A DNA stretch of 63,688 bases, the filler included, from Reticulomyxa filosa (Eukaryota > Protista > Foraminifera), in NCBI GenBank assembly GCA_000512085.1. It is 21 parts of 21 records of this genome, joined end to end, with 100 filler letters (N's around TTAATTAATTAA, not from the genome) between each part and the next. Parts side by side here need not be neighbours in the genome. Positions count along the whole stretch, not along the records: positions 33,454 to 44,822 come from ASPP01011245.1; positions 44,923 to 47,243 come from ASPP01034600.1; positions 47,344 to 53,935 come from ASPP01023917.1; 18 more parts are not named here. The stretch is one strand, 5' to 3'. The stretch's first letter is position 1. Every line of letters starts with the position of its first letter. Both the position numbers and the translations under genes were made by a program. The notes beneath the pieces are model-generated. The model ran no database searches and had not been told where the DNA came from. It saw nothing but the letters and a program-made list of their open reading frames with translations. This document shows positions 35,973-50,970 of the stretch, in pieces.

Positions 35973-37603
35973 ATGAAGACAGGATTACTGTACCTTGGTG
36001 TTTTACTAAATAGTGCTATTGATGGCATTGTGTTTGCAAATGCCGCCAGCTGGCAAGAAACGGGTCATTACTTTTATTCGTTGCTTGACGTGGGGATCAA
36101 CGACAACAGCGCGGGTTACGTCGCAGCACTTGCAGATGGAATTGGTTCAATATGGTTGAAAAGCTCAACTTTGGGACAAAATTGGACTTTAGTCGAAGAG
36201 AGAGATGGTTTTTTTGTAAGTGCGAAAAATGCAAACAATATACAGCATACTGTTCCCCTTTTTTTTCCTACCGCCTTCCCAGAACCAAACCACAAGAAAA
36301 CAACAAAAAAAAAGGACTTGGCCTGTACAAGCTTGAATCCAAAAGATGCAGCAATGACCGGATTAATGGGAAAGGGTTTGTACACATTAGACGGAGGAGC
36401 GACCATTCATGACACAGTTGGCTTCGTCGCAGGGTCGCAATCACTGTCGCGAAACCGATACGCCAGCCAAAGTGGAGCATACTTGTATGGATCCCCAGCA
36501 GGAGAAGGTATGTCAGCCTTTGTTTTGTCTTTCTTCCGTTGAGACAAAAAAAATAACCACACAATCATTTCCATTTCTGAGTGTACTATTATGACTCTTG
36601 TTATAACCAAGACACGAATGTTTGTTGTGCTGGGACCGACTTGTGTTTGAGAGAAAAGGCATAAGCGTTTCGACTGACTTTGGCGCGACGTACACTCACC
36701 ACAAGGCTGCTGATATCAATTCCTCGCGATACGCCGCGCTCCCATCGGCCGACGTATGGTACATCACTGCAGGTACTTAATTATATAACCGCTCGGAATA
36801 ACTGAACGCAATTCTGTGTGATTGGGGTACGTGAATAGGTTTCTGGGCCGAAGATGACACCAATGACTTGTTTTTGGCAGAGGGGTTCAACATGAAACAT
36901 GCGTTGAACTCAAAGGTTGAGTTGTGGTACTCCTCGCAATCAAAGCGCTCGCGTGTCCACTTCAAAGGATTCAAACACTCGGGCAAAAGACATCATGGGC
37001 CAAACAAGAGAAAATTGTCGCAATCGGATGCCATTTGGGGTATAAATTTATTTTTTTTTGGCATTGATGGGTCTACACTTTTTTTTTTCGAAAACAAGAG
37101 AACAGAGACAAAAATAAATATACACAACTGCACAATGATTAGGGGCAATTTACAAAACCAGCGATGCCGGACAGAGTTGGACGCAAGTGTATGAAAGTTA
37201 TGGCGACTTTTATTTCAATGCAATTGACTGCTGTACTGAGGATCTTTGTTATGCAGTTGCAGAAGGTGACAGCGATGCGGGAAGCTCGAATCCTGGCACG
37301 CGTATTTTGCAGACACAAGACGGTGGACAAACATGGAACATTGTGTATTTTAATGCATTGGATGGAGCTTCTTTGATGGCGGTTCACTGTGTCGACAGTA
37401 ACAACGCCTGGGCTGCGGGAGGAACTATCATTGAACGAGACTTTCACGGAGATTTCTTGTACACGAGCAACAATGGTGGCTCTTGGACAGACTTCCAGGT
37501 CAATGTCCCGATTCTGTACATGGATATGAGTGATGATTCCTCCACTGGCATGGCTAGCGGATTAACCAAATCTGGAGAGGGAGTAGCCTTTGGATTTAAG
37601 TAA
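35973..37603 (+). CDS. Secreted Asp-box/BNR-repeat beta-propeller (Ycf48/VPS10-like)
   Basis: Signal peptide. Asp-box-like motifs YTLDGGATI, VSTDFGATY, KTSDAGQSW, QTQDGGQTW and TSNNGGSW. GT-AG introns, e.g. 36216-36314. Confidence 0.8.
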
Positions 37604-38083
37604 TGTATTTCAAAATTTTTTAAATTTGGAAAGTGTTGTGTTTTTCACGTTTCCATTGATATAAATTGCATAATACTAGCAATGTTTTAAACATTGTTTG
37701 TTCTAAATTTGTATGAAAAATATGTGATGCAAATTGAATTCTTTGTCGCTTTTTGACAATGAAAAATTGTCATAATACGCACAAGATTTGTTTGTTCAAT
37801 TTTTTTTTCGATAAAAATAAAATTCGTACTATGGGAATGGCTAAGTTCAATGAAAGGAAGGCTAAGCAAGCTTACACAATTCACAGTTGTACTCTTGTCA
37901 TTAGCTTAGACTATTGAAATTGCATATTTATTCATTTTTACTAAACAAAAAAAATGCTACTTTTAAGGAGAAAGGGGTGGAAACTTTTTTAGAAAAAACT
38001 CACAACGTAAAAGATTGCTTCATCTTTCAATTATCAAAACTTTTATAACAATAGGAGATTGAAAATAAGAAAACGTGCAAACG

Positions 38084-38839
38084 ATGGCTAAAGTAGATAA
38101 TAAAGGCATAAATACCCAGCAAATGATGGTGCACAGTACAAAGCAAAAACAACAAGTTGTTGGAAAAATTGAAGAATTTGACTTAGGAAGCACGGACGTG
38201 ATATTGTTTAACTCTTCTGACGCATTGAACGCTGCAGACAAAACAAAGCTCCCATTGGTTATGAGACCCAATCCCGAGGTTAAAAAAATCAACTCCCCTT
38301 TTCTCCCTTCCTTTGAGGGGGTAAAAGAAATAGAGAGATCAAGAGGGAAAACAAAGCAAAATAAAAACTTGTAGAACTATTCCATTTGCAGTGATCCAGA
38401 GGTAGACGAACAATTGATGATAAAATTGTCATTTCGTGATCCAGTGTCGATAACGCACTTGATTATACGTGCTGATACACCTCCTCAGTCGCATCCTCAT
38501 CCATCGGTGACCGATGAAAAAGAGAAAGAAAAGGAAAAAGAGAAAACTAAAGACAGTGAGATAGAATACAGTGGTCCACGAATGATCAAACTGTTTGCAA
38601 ACAAACCCGAATTAGATTTTGAAGATGCTGAAGACACACCTGTTGCGCAACAGTTGGTGTTAACAGAAAAAGACTTGACTGGAGAAAAACTGACTTTAAA
38701 ATCATTAAAGTTTCAACGTTGCAACAGTCTCCAAATCTTAATTGTCGATAATCAACACGATTCCGAGGTTACCTTTTTAAACAGAATCGGAATCATTGGA
38801 AGGTTAGCCAAGTCTTATCACACTGATTTTGAAAGCTGA
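38084..38839 (+). CDS. PITH domain protein
   Basis: Intron 38279-38374. SDPEVDEQLMIKLSF..V.I..LII, GPRMIKLFANKPELDFEDAE, KFQRCNSLQILIVDNQ. Confidence 0.88.
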
Positions 38840-39396
38840 AGGAGCTTATTGGAGAAAAAAAAATATGACTACTTACGTTCAACATTGTGCCTTTTTTTTT
38901 AGATTTTTCTGAAAAAAAACTTTGTTTATTCAGAATTTTTTTTATTTGACGATTGTTCATCTGAAAAACACACTCTCGAATTTGGAGTTACTCTTGTTTA
39001 ACTTAGATACTTCAAGAATAATGTTTTTCTTATTTCCAACAAATTTAAAACGTGTGTAATATAGGTCTAGACATACATAAAACAACTCTAACAGCATCAA
39101 GAAAGTAATTGTGTAAAGGACCCATTTTGTCTTTTTCTTATTTGATTATTAAGAAATATGAATTCAAAGGTAACTTGTTCAATCAAAGCATATATTAGCA
39201 CTTTTTCGATGAAATGGTCAAATTGGTATAAAAATGAATGATTCTCTTAAATTCGACAAAAACATTACATTAAAATCGGCACAAAAAAGACTTTGATCAG
39301 CAGAACTGAGATCACCAGCCAAGTGATGAACGCAAGTTTGAAATTTCCAAAAAATCCTGAAAAACTTTTTTAAAATTCAATATTATTAAAAAAATA

Positions 39397-40072
39397 ATGT
39401 CCTCAAAAAGTACCGCACCGCATTTGTTGGGCGAAGCTCTCTCAAATTTTGTAATAGAAATCTATAACGAGCCAACTCAAGGACTTTATTTTGTGAATGA
39501 GCACGTGAACCTTGCAGGGCTCAAAATAGTAGCTGTGAAACAGCGTTAAAAATCTAAAAAGTTGTTTCGTCAATAAAAATATCCGAAACATAATTTGTCT
39601 TTTGTTTGGAAAAAAAGAATTGGATGAATCGCGCAAATTGTTGCAAACAGCATTAACAGATGCAGCAGAGGACCATGAATGTTTGGAAAAGATAATGCGT
39701 TCACAATTAAACTACACAACAGCTGGCACGTCACAAACAGCTTTAATGGTGTCCAGCAAGAGACACAAGATAACATCGCAACAATGGAAAGAGTCGGTCG
39801 CAAAGACCAAAGGCTTAACTGTGACAGAGAATCGAAAGACAAGTGGATCAAGCCACAATAGCGAGGATGTCACCCAATCTTCTCGCAAAAAGTCGCAAAG
39901 TGCCAGTGACAATTCCAATAAAAAAGCAGACGAATCAGTCAATGAAAAAGAAAAACAAAAGCAAAGAGAAAATGACGAATTGGGGTTTGGAGAGTTTTTA
40001 CAGATTGCCGATCTCATTACATCATCCAAATCACTTTTGCTTCGTCTTCAAATGGAAGGAGAAATGACCTAA
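39397..40072 (+). CDS. BORCS8: BORC complex subunit 8 (MEF2BNB) homolog
   Basis: Exon 39397-39544 encodes IYNEPTQGLYFVNEHV (cf. the BORCS8 NEPSxxLYxxQEHV motif). Intron 39545-39617 joins in frame to a coiled-coil exon. Exon 1 is missing from the ORF track. Confidence 0.7.
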
Positions 40073-40722
40073 TTATTTAGACAAGGTATCGAAATATCAA
40101 ATGGACAAAACAAAAATGCCTTCTTTTGTTTTTTTTTTTGGTGAGAAGAGTTTTTAAGTTTTTAATAAAACCAATGTTAAAAAAATCAATTTTGAATTAG
40201 CAGAATGACAATCATTTTTAAAACTGGTATAAACAATATCATTCGTTTAATTATTAGATTGTTTCTGAAAATTCAAAGCGTAATGTAAACATGGAGCGAT
40301 CGGATTAAAAAGTGTTGTAAATAGCATACATTTGTCGTTTACTACGAAATGCTTGTTGGTGTGCTCTTTAAATAATGTCTATATGCAAAGAACATACACT
40401 GAAAAATAATAGCTCAATACTAGCGTTGTACAGCCTGAAAAGCTTGTGACAGCCTTTATATTCTTAAACTGTACGTTTCTTTTCAAGAAATAGTTTTGTC
40501 TTTTCTTAACAAATCTTTTTTGTTATTTGCTTTGTTGCGCGCTTGCATTGGATGCATCCTCGTTACTGTCGTATTTTATTGTTTCTACATTTTTCTAGTT
40601 TCCAAAAAAGTTTCACAATGACACAATTGTTATACCTTCAAGCAAGTTTCCATTTTAAAAAGCCATTTCTAGTTTTCACAACAAAATTTTGAGTCTAAAA
40701 AACTCAAATTAAAATTTATTAA

Positions 40723-41661
40723 ATGACACAAATAGAAAAATCTTTATCAAACGTACAAATTGTGAAAAAAAAAACACGGTGTTTGTTTTATTTACACAAT
40801 TTGTTACAATATTGGTCACCTGACTACGACGTTTCTGTGCTAGAAACGACAGAAAGCTGTGACGAGTATTTAGAAGTATTAACATATTGGTTTACTATTG
40901 ACCCGTTGATGTCCAATGCAAAGAAAAAAAACAAAATCGAGCAACAGAAAGTGACGCTGATGATGTATGGAAAAAACGTTGGTTCGTAAAAGAAAAAAAA
41001 GTAGGTTTTCGTTGTTATTTTGTTTTTGTTTTACAGTTACATTTTTGCAGCCAATCAAAGAATAATAGTGATCAATTTGATATAAAAAAAGGAGCAAGCA
41101 TGTATAGATGAACATATCAAAAAAGAATTTGAATATTTGCTGGTGAAAGGAACAAAAAAGGAATTAGAACACTGGAAAAAAGACATTTTAGGTCGTTTGT
41201 CTTTAATAATTTTGTTTGATCAATTCCCACGGAATATGTACCGTCACTCCAAACAAAGCTATGAATATGACCCATTGGCACTAGCCTTGTGTCTTGACAC
41301 TTTAGATCCAGAAAATCCATTGTTAAAACAGCTGAAGCTTTTACCCACTTGGTTTGCTTTGCAATTTTATATGCCTTTAATTCATAGCGAAAACTTATCC
41401 AATCAATTACAATCAGTACAAATCTACTCTGAAATGTATCATAATGCCATTGCTCTTCATCGTGATCATCCTGACAAATCTTATGATACTTTTTTGCTTA
41501 CAATACTTCTTCGTATGAAAAAGATAGCCCTACTTCATAAAGATCATATTTCACATTTTGGAAGATTTCCAGAAAGAAATGCGATATTGGACAGAAAATC
41601 AACCCCAAATGAGATCGCTTTCTTAGAAGCTGCTCAAACATCAACCTCAAACTTGAAATAA
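40723..41661 (+). CDS. DUF924 family protein
   Basis: EVLTYWF, WKKRWF, IILFDQFPRNMYR, FYMPLIHSENL, HFGRFPERNAILDRKST. Intron 41001-41091; one frameshift near the A8 run at 40924-40931. Confidence 0.85.
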
Positions 41662-42820
41662 CACATACCATTTTTCACTTTATAATGACCACTTTTGGGT
41701 TGTCACTGTCTTTTTATGGATTTCTATGTAAATAGAATTCTTACACAAGGTTGTTTCGTAGATCACAACATTCATTGTATAGAAACCTATCTACTCTAAT
41801 TTCTGTCATCTCTACTAAAAGCTCTATAGTCACATAGGGCAAGCCCCTACCGCATAAAGTAAGCTCCAAGAGAACTATGGGCCTCGTGGTGAACCGGAAC
41901 TCTTTTATCTTTTTTGTTTTCTTTTGATCTCTTGTGAATTATTTCTATTTAATTTTTTTTATTTTACTGAAAAACTTGTTTTCCAGACAGGTTTCTTTCG
42001 TATTACGCTTTAATCTCACCCTATCCATATAACCACAACAAGATATCCCAAGCGTCCTTAAAGCTTGTAATTTTCTTCCAAAATAAAAATTTTTCATTAG
42101 ATGATGTGTACATATCCTAACAATGCTAAAACAAAAAATGAAAATGTTAATTTAAGTGAGTGCATCCATACAAGCATTAGGCTTTACCACATAAGATAGC
42201 CCAAAATCCTGCATAAAACGAATATTTTTTGCACTTTTTTAATTAATTCGAAAGTATGTGTGATCTTTTGATTAAAGATTCTTCATGAGAAACATAAATA
42301 AAAGAACCTTTTTTACCAATGTGTTAGTATTTTCAAAATAATATCAAAAATTTTTTTTGGAACTAGGCAACATAAGCAAAATTGCACATTTATTTTCTCT
42401 TTGAAAAATTATACGAAAAGCTTTGTTAATTGGTTTCCTTTTGCGTGATGGCACTACCACGAGTGTAAAAACCTAAAATTACAATTAACTTGCAACCGTA
42501 TTCAGTGGAAAACTTCATCTGATCGTATGACAAAAAATAAAATTATTTTTAATTTCGTCAATTGAACCAAAAATTGATCGATCCCAAAAAAGAACAAATT
42601 AAAGTTTGATTAGGAATTTCAAAGAAAAATCTCTTTCACATTTTAGATTGTGGGCTACGCAAAAAGTATCTTTAAAAAAACACGCAAAACCTCAACAAAA
42701 AAAAATCAATCCAAAATAAAATTAAAGTAAAATAAAGACGTAATTGCGTGTTCCAACAAAAAAAGACAGCCACATTTATTAATTGCAAGCAAGGTCTTTT
42801 TGTTTCTTTTCTTGTCCTGT

Positions 42821-43610
<790 letters not shown>

Positions 43611-45464
43611 TGATAGCTTTGTTCGATTATTGTTTGAGATTGAAAATATCTATTCTAATTTCAAATATTGGACCACAAACCAAACAAAAACTCTCGTTTT
43701 TACTCTTGAAGTAATTTGCGCTGATGTTATTATCGTTTCCAGTAAGTATATTATCACTTTGACAAAAAAAAAATGTTTTCGGAACGACAAAAGAAAAACT
43801 GTTTTCTTTTTGTGATTAGTAAACGACAAATCAATAAATTGTATTGTTTTGACTGTTTTCGTAAGCCAAGATTTCAAGAGACATCGGAAAGACATTTTAC
43901 TTAAAATATATTTGATTAATATTACATTTTTTTATTCAGTTTTTTAATTTAAATTGTTTGCTTATATTTATATGGATGAAAATGCAACTTGTATAACCAC
44001 ATGGTAAATTTACGTATGAAGACTTAGTGTTCTTAAGTATAATATGAAAGTAAATTTGTTACTGAAATAAGTTTTCATAAACAAAAATGAATAAATAAAA
44101 AAATTTTCAAAATACAAAACTTTTTGTAAATAAAACTTTTCATCTTTTGCTTAGACAAAAGTATATGTTATTATACTGTGCAAGCGTAAGTGAATCGTTT
44201 TGAACTTAAAAAAGTAAGTTTAATGAAAAGTATTTCTGTTCATTTTTGTTTTTGTTGCGACTCACAAAGAGACCATTATTAACTCTTAACCACATCATTT
44301 TTCGCAACAAGCTCAAACATTTTTCAACTAATAACAGTGTACAAAGTTATGATATATTTTAAATTAATGAAGAATGACTGTATAGAATCGCAATAAGTGT
44401 GTAGGGCAAGTCACTGTTATAAGTATCTGAACGTCAAGTGAACGGAGGAACCCATTGTAGTTTAAACTTCGTCAACAACATAATTCTTACTTTGTTACTT
44501 TTCTTTTGTTATTTTCTCTTTTATTTCTCCTTTTATTGATTCATTATTTTTTGATTTGCTGCGTTCGACAAGTGCTGGTAAAAAAACTTTCTGCAACACT
44601 TGATTCACGTAATCTTTCTGGCTTTGGGCACTCTTAAATGTATTGTCACTACTCAACTTCGTGATCATAAACTTTGACTTTTCTTCATTGTATTATAAAG
44701 GGGTTGAACTTTATTTTTTTCTGAGTTCAACAATAGTTTAAAATTCATGCATTATGGTTCTACAAAATTCTACGAAACAAAAAAAATGGATATTTCTTTT
44801 TTGAAATATGAAAATATATAATNNNNNNNNNNNNNNNNNNNNNNNNNNNNNNNNNNNNNNNNNNNNTTAATTAATTAANNNNNNNNNNNNNNNNNNNNNN
44901 NNNNNNNNNNNNNNNNNNNNNNTAATCCTTGAAAATTTTTTTAATATAATTTTTTAAAATTTGGAAGCCAATTGGATGTCATAAAAATGAATTTGATTTT
45001 GAGTTGGAAGATAAAATTAATTGTTATCTTAATTTAATTTTTAAAATAAAAGAGAAAATTACAAATTTAAAAAGTTGATATTGTTGCTTTGGATCAAAAT
45101 CATTTACAATTGTCAACAACAAAACAATTTAGATTACTTTAAAGACAAGTTTTACTTCCATGTATTCCCAATATTTCAAAAATTTCTCTCATTGGCTCCT
45201 TTCGTCTTAACCTCTCGTTCGGGTGTACATTGGATGCGACATTTAATTGTTTTGTTTGATTGATATAGTGTTGCTTTATCAAAATACCCAATTTATATTT
45301 TTTTTAATGCAATTATTGCTTGTTTGTTTGACAAATAAAATAATAAAAGTTCAACTTCTTTTTTATTTTTTTAAAATTATATAAAAACCCCTTGCAAATC
45401 CCCTTTTTTTTTTGATAGACTCTTTTTCTATACTGTTTTATTGAATGATTTTTGAAACGAAAAA

Positions 45465-47243
45465 TCATTGGAAAGCCTTTTTAAACATGTGGATATTGGA
45501 GGAACACACTCCCAACGGCTGTCCTTTGACATTGGTGGCAAAGTAGCCGGGGTACCATTTACAATGAAATGGCGTAGATGCATGCAACTGCACTTGAGGT
45601 ATGTTTTGGACAGCTTGTTGAATATTCCAAGTCGAAAATTGATCATGTTGGACCTTCATGTTGGTGTGAAGACATGACATATTGTCTGTCATCACTACAA
45701 ATCGCTTCTTTACTTTTTTCGGCTGTTCTGTTGTTATACTTTCTTCCTATTTAAACTCGTTCACATGAAGTGCAGTCATTATTCGACCTTGTTTCGGTAA
45801 TAATTTCCAGCAACTTTGCAAAAATTTTATAATCAGTTGCTGATTTGCCGTTTTTAGTCGATGATTTCCATTGTCAGGCTCCACCTTTTTTTTTTTGTAA
45901 CTTAATATATGACCCAATAAATGTATGTATTATAACGTGTTGGAAATTGAAAATAATCCAATCAAAAAACTCCAAGTAATCTTTCTTTGCATGATCTTTA
46001 TCTCTTCAAGTAGGTTATGTTGGGTTGACACTGGGAAAGTCAGCTCCAAGTCAGTGGCATCGACTCCATATAAAATGATAGAGTGACTCAAGTCACTGTT
46101 AGCACATGTTGTATATCATGCACGATTTGGCTGATACTATTGTTGACATATCTCTGGATCGGTTCATCTTTGGAGTGGTAACATGTAGTGATTAACTCCA
46201 GCGACTTCGATTGGCAAATGTGTGGCCAAATATATACCAGACTTATCGAGAACGAAAAGTTGCCATCACCAACAACTAGTATGCATGTCGGAGACGAGGA
46301 ATCGTCTTTGTCTTGTAAGTACAAATGTTTGAAATAGTTTATTTGCTCTGTTGTCAGCTCGGTGAAGGTACAACATAAGAGATTGCAAGGTTGATCATAA
46401 CTTTGCATTGCACTTTGGCTCTCACTTCACATTGCCAAAACAAACAAAGATTGATGAGCATACTTTGAAACAAACTCATCCCAACTTTGCTTCGAAAAGT
46501 GTGAGCATTTGATTTTTGAGCAAGTTTTGGTATTCATCCGCTGCTGAGTATAACTCGAAACTGATTTTAATGATGTGGCAAAGGATACGTCGTCGTTGGT
46601 ATGCCACTCATGCAAAACAACAACGTTTTTTTCAAAACTCAAAGTGATTCTGTCTTTACAAATAGCATCAAGTTTTTGGACATGTGCAATGGAACACAAA
46701 TGCAAAAAGTGACGAAATATTTCCAAAATGGATTTTTTTATTTCGTCAAAAGAAAAAAAATCGTTGGGATAGCTCTCTTTGTGTTCAGTCTGTAACGTCC
46801 ACTGACCGTGTTGATATTGGACATATAACAAAATCGATTGCAAAGATAACTGCTTTGTTTCTTTTGAGCACAAAAGCATGTTGCTGTGAATAATTTTTTC
46901 ACAAATTTTTCTGAAGCGGATTTATTATATTTTTCATTAATGTCCATTTATTGCTATTTTTTGTCTTATATCCTTCGTACAACTTTTTTAAACTACGCAC
47001 ACTGAATAACCCTTTGATCGCTATGTCCTTTCGTTCGTGTTCATTAATTTGGTTTTTTGTGTTTACGTTCATTTGCTTACTCATCTTCTTTTTCCACTCT
47101 TGGCACAATTTACTAATGTCCTGTTTTTTTGATCGTTTTCGTGTTTTTGTGTCACATTGTTTTTTTAATTTGAGAACACTACTGAACTGTATATCGAACA
47201 AAGCACTGAATAAGTAGTTCAGCTTTTGAAGACTTTTCGGCGT
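45465..47243 (-). pseudogene. BMT5/DUF2431-like rRNA methyltransferase-domain gene with a long N-terminal region, disrupted
   Basis: ILVVGDGNFSFS, YGVDAT, IIFNFQH, NQQLIIKFL..LL..GRI, WNI...YPGY. In-frame stop at 46088 and frame breaks upstream. Confidence 0.7.
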
Positions 47244-47430
47244 NNNNNNNNNNNNNNNNNNNNNNNNNNNNNNNNNNNNNNNNNNNNTTAATTAATTAAN
47301 NNNNNNNNNNNNNNNNNNNNNNNNNNNNNNNNNNNNNNNNNNNAAAAAAAAAAAAAAAAAAAAAAAAAGGGCCCAAAAAAAAAAAAAAAAAAATTTAAAA
47401 AGTGTGAATATATACATATACATGCATATA

Positions 47431-48216
47431 TACCAGTCAGTCCTAGACTCCATGGCATTTGACTCAGGGACACATTAGCGGCGGTGTCGGACCCATCTTG
47501 GGCATAGGCGACGAAACTGGAGGATGTGGTCAGGGCGCGGGTATGAGTGGCGTTGTCGATACAAATAGATCGGACGCTGACGATAGTGGGGTCGGCTGAG
47601 TCGAACCGGAACACGGCCGTGTATTGCGAGGCATTACCCAGACGGATGTTGTTCAGTCTGCCGGGAGTGTCAAACGAAAACTCAATCGAATACATTTGCG
47701 ACGTCGGACTTTCTTTCATCACTTGTGAACATGTGAATGCTGTCGTCTTCGCATTATCTTGACGGTCCACTTCCAAAAATTTGTATGCCAGCAACTGCAA
47801 CTTACTCGCATTGCTTTGTAGGTAACTTGCTGTCCACTGTGTCATGTTCGTCAGGTCATTGTAGGCACTCTTCACATCCCACACACTCCCATTCAACACA
47901 AACACTGTCAGGTTCAAATACTCACTGCTGTTCCTCACGCACGGCCAAAACTCGGGCGTTATCCTTATCAAATGCAACGTCCCGTTCTCCTTCACTTTAA
48001 ACGTACTCCCAAACACTACTGTCGTGGCCTTCTCCAATTCTATTCCGCTTGCTTTGTCACATTCCAAATCCGCTACGCTTTCTCGTGTCGTTGGGAATAC
48101 CGCTTTTTTTTTTTTGTTGTTTGTGTTGCTGCTTCTCCTGTTTCTCAACACTAAACACGGAAATATTCACCTTGAATGCTTCTCAATAAACACAATAACA
48201 GCAAAAAATTAAACAT
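47431..48216 (-). CDS. Secreted/membrane glycoprotein, N-terminal exons, unknown function
   Basis: Signal exon MFNFLLLLCLLRSIQ (48216-48171) splices phase 1 to AVFPTT... Several NxS/T sequons. Truncated. Confidence 0.6.
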
Positions 48217-48820
48217 GATTTTTTTTCCGTGATTATTAATATCTCTTGTCAAAATCTTTAAAGGAGAACTTACAATATATTCTCTTTTTTAACCTTTTGT
48301 TTACCTCGCTCTTGGTCGGTGCGAAAGAAAATTTTAAAAGCATATGAAAAAAGATCAAATATTAAGATAAATTTACAATGTTTTAGTTTAAAAGGAAAAT
48401 AATTTATCAGCTTTTTTCAAAATGTTTCATGGTCATAGCTTTGATTTTGAACAAATAAGATTTGAAAGTTCATATTCGCCAGCTTTTAGGTTTCGGTGAG
48501 TAGAGATACAAAAGAAAGCAGATTGCTCTTCCAAACATAAAGTGTTAGACACACAATTAATATCGGCAAAAATTGCCTTTGTTATAATAAAAAAAAAATT
48601 AACATTTAATTTTGCAGTGTTCTGATATGGCGCATTAATACAAGATGGATCTAATTTTATGTTTGATTTTAAAGAAAGCAGTTCGAAAGTAAAATAAAAT
48701 TAGTGTTCAATATAGCAATTAAAAGGAATGGAAAACAAAGTGGATTGGTCACTTCCTTCTGAAAAAGTAGTGAATTCACTTGTATCCATTGAACAAGAGA
48801 CATATACTTTGTAATCTCAG

Positions 48821-49954
48821 TCATTTCCATATTCGAATTGTGCAGTCAAAAGAGCATGATACAATTGTGTGACCATTTAGTGAAATATCTATCCCTGTCA
48901 CCAAAGAATCGTGTCCTTTTAATTTTTGTATTTCTTTTCCTGATTTTACATCCCATAAACGAATAGTCTTGTCATCAGAACAAGAAAGAATAGTTTGACC
49001 GTCTGAAAAATAGATCACATCATTCACATCAGCGGAATGTCCATCGAATTTTTTCCACTCTTTTCCTGTTTCAATGTCCCATATTCGGACTGTACTGTCG
49101 TGTGAGCAAGACACAACAAATTTTCCATTTGGGGAAAATTTCACAGCTCTAACCGATTTGGAATGACCTATTAATTCTTTTAATTTTTTACCTGATTTCA
49201 CATCCCATAGAAAAATTGTGTCATCAATACTTGCTGATGCAAGCATTTGTCCATCATGCGAATACTGAACATCCAATACTCCATTAGAATGACCCTCCAA
49301 TGTTCGAATTTTTTCCAGAATCTACTTCCCATATTTGTATTGTTTTATTAGAAGATGCTGATACAATATTCTTACCATTTGGAGAGAAAGTCACATCCCA
49401 TATTGGTTTTAAATGTCCTTCAAATTTCATCAGCTCCTTTCCTGATTGCACATCCCATAATCGAATTGTACTGTCCTCTGAACATGATACAATAGTTTGA
49501 CAATCTGGAGAAAATTCTGCAACATAAACCCTGTCTGAATGACCTTTAAGCACTTGAATTTGCTTTCTTGATGCAACATCCCATATTCCAATTGTCCTAT
49601 CATCTGATGACGACACAATTGTATTTCCATTTGACGAAAATCTTACACTACTTAGTGCACCTTTATGTCCTTGCAAAGTTTCCAGTAATGTATAATATTT
49701 TCCCTATATTGAAAGTGCCAAGCATCAATGAATGATTACCGACTATTCCTTTTTTTAACATAACAATAAACACTTACATATTTAAAAACAATTCTATCAA
49801 AATCAGGGATCCATCCTACTTTAATGTTCAAAAGTCTAAGCCAATTTTGAATTACAATTTTTACTTCGTTTTCTGGCTATGTTTTTTTTCGTCCTTCAAC
49901 AAATCTATCCATCAAATGTGAAAGGAAATTTACCAAATGTGGTGCTGTATCCAT
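48821..49954 (-). CDS. WD40 repeat protein (~7 canonical GH..WD repeats); one homopolymer frameshift
   Basis: Family N-terminus IQNWLRLLNIKVGWIPDF, then GH...FS..G..IVS.S.D.TIR.WD repeats. Frame break at the T6 run 49309-49314. Confidence 0.9.
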
Positions 49955-50379
49955 CTTCCAATTATTTCTTCGCTTGTATCTAATCTTGGACTTTTTAAGA
50001 ATAAATATTGAACTAGCCCTTAGTTTTCCCCTTTTTTTTTAGTGCCGAAAACTTTATTCACTTGTTCTTGTACATTTTAGTTATACTTTACCTTTAGCAT
50101 CAATATCTAATTTTCACTTTGCTCAAAATTTTTGAGCGTTCTAGTACTGCATCATGTTGGCAAGTTTAGTTTTTTCTTCAACATGCCAATGAAAATAGAA
50201 AAATTTTATCTTTATAGCACAAAACTTGATTATTGCATTTTTAGTTTATACTTTTCAAATTTGAAACAACTATTACAATATCTGTAATCGTGTGGAACGC
50301 TATATTTTTCAACTATTATCTTTAATATGTTTATTTTTTTTCAGACGACATTCGCATTCAATTTTGTTCTTCCTGCTTA

Positions 50380-50970
50380 GAAGATTTATCTTTTATTTGT
50401 GGATGTTAGATCTTAATTTTCACAGTATCATTCAATGGCATTTAGGAACAATATTTCCAGAACATTTGCAAATGCCATCTTCTATTCATAGCACTGATAA
50501 ATGCATTAATACATTTTCTGCATCGCCATGTCCCAATCTGCTTTTCAATGACTCAACAGAATTTGATGGTCCAACAATGTCTATTTGTTACTTGTTTAAA
50601 TATTAATTGCCAAATAAAATAAGATAGCGAAATATGAAGTGGCATACAAAAAAAAGGATAGTATGTGATCCGCTATGAATGATTTATTGTTGTCCATTGC
50701 AATTGCACAATGAGCTCAACAATTCTTTAAGGTATTTTTCCTAATCTGGTTAATGCTATTGCAAACATTGAACTTGTATCTGTGACATATTCGATTACCA
50801 CTTTTTCAGATAACTGATTTTTGAGAGGGCAATCAAATGGTTTAAACAAAGCATATCCGGACTTGAATATTAGAATCAAACAGATCATATTGATAAATAG
50901 GTGTAAATAAGAAATTATTTCAATATATTGTGCTTTATTACCCTTGCTTAGGATTATAACAATTGACAAG
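50380..50970 (-). pseudogene. Highly decayed helical (HEAT/ARM-like) repeat gene remnant
   Basis: Stop-riddled fragments such as QLSEKVVIEYVTD..FAIALTRLG. Weak evidence. Confidence 0.3.

Noticed and set aside
41888-41897. GGTGAACCGG word as in SRP (7SL) RNA
   Set aside because: No helix-8 GNRA/AGCAG motif follows; it runs straight into T-rich sequence.
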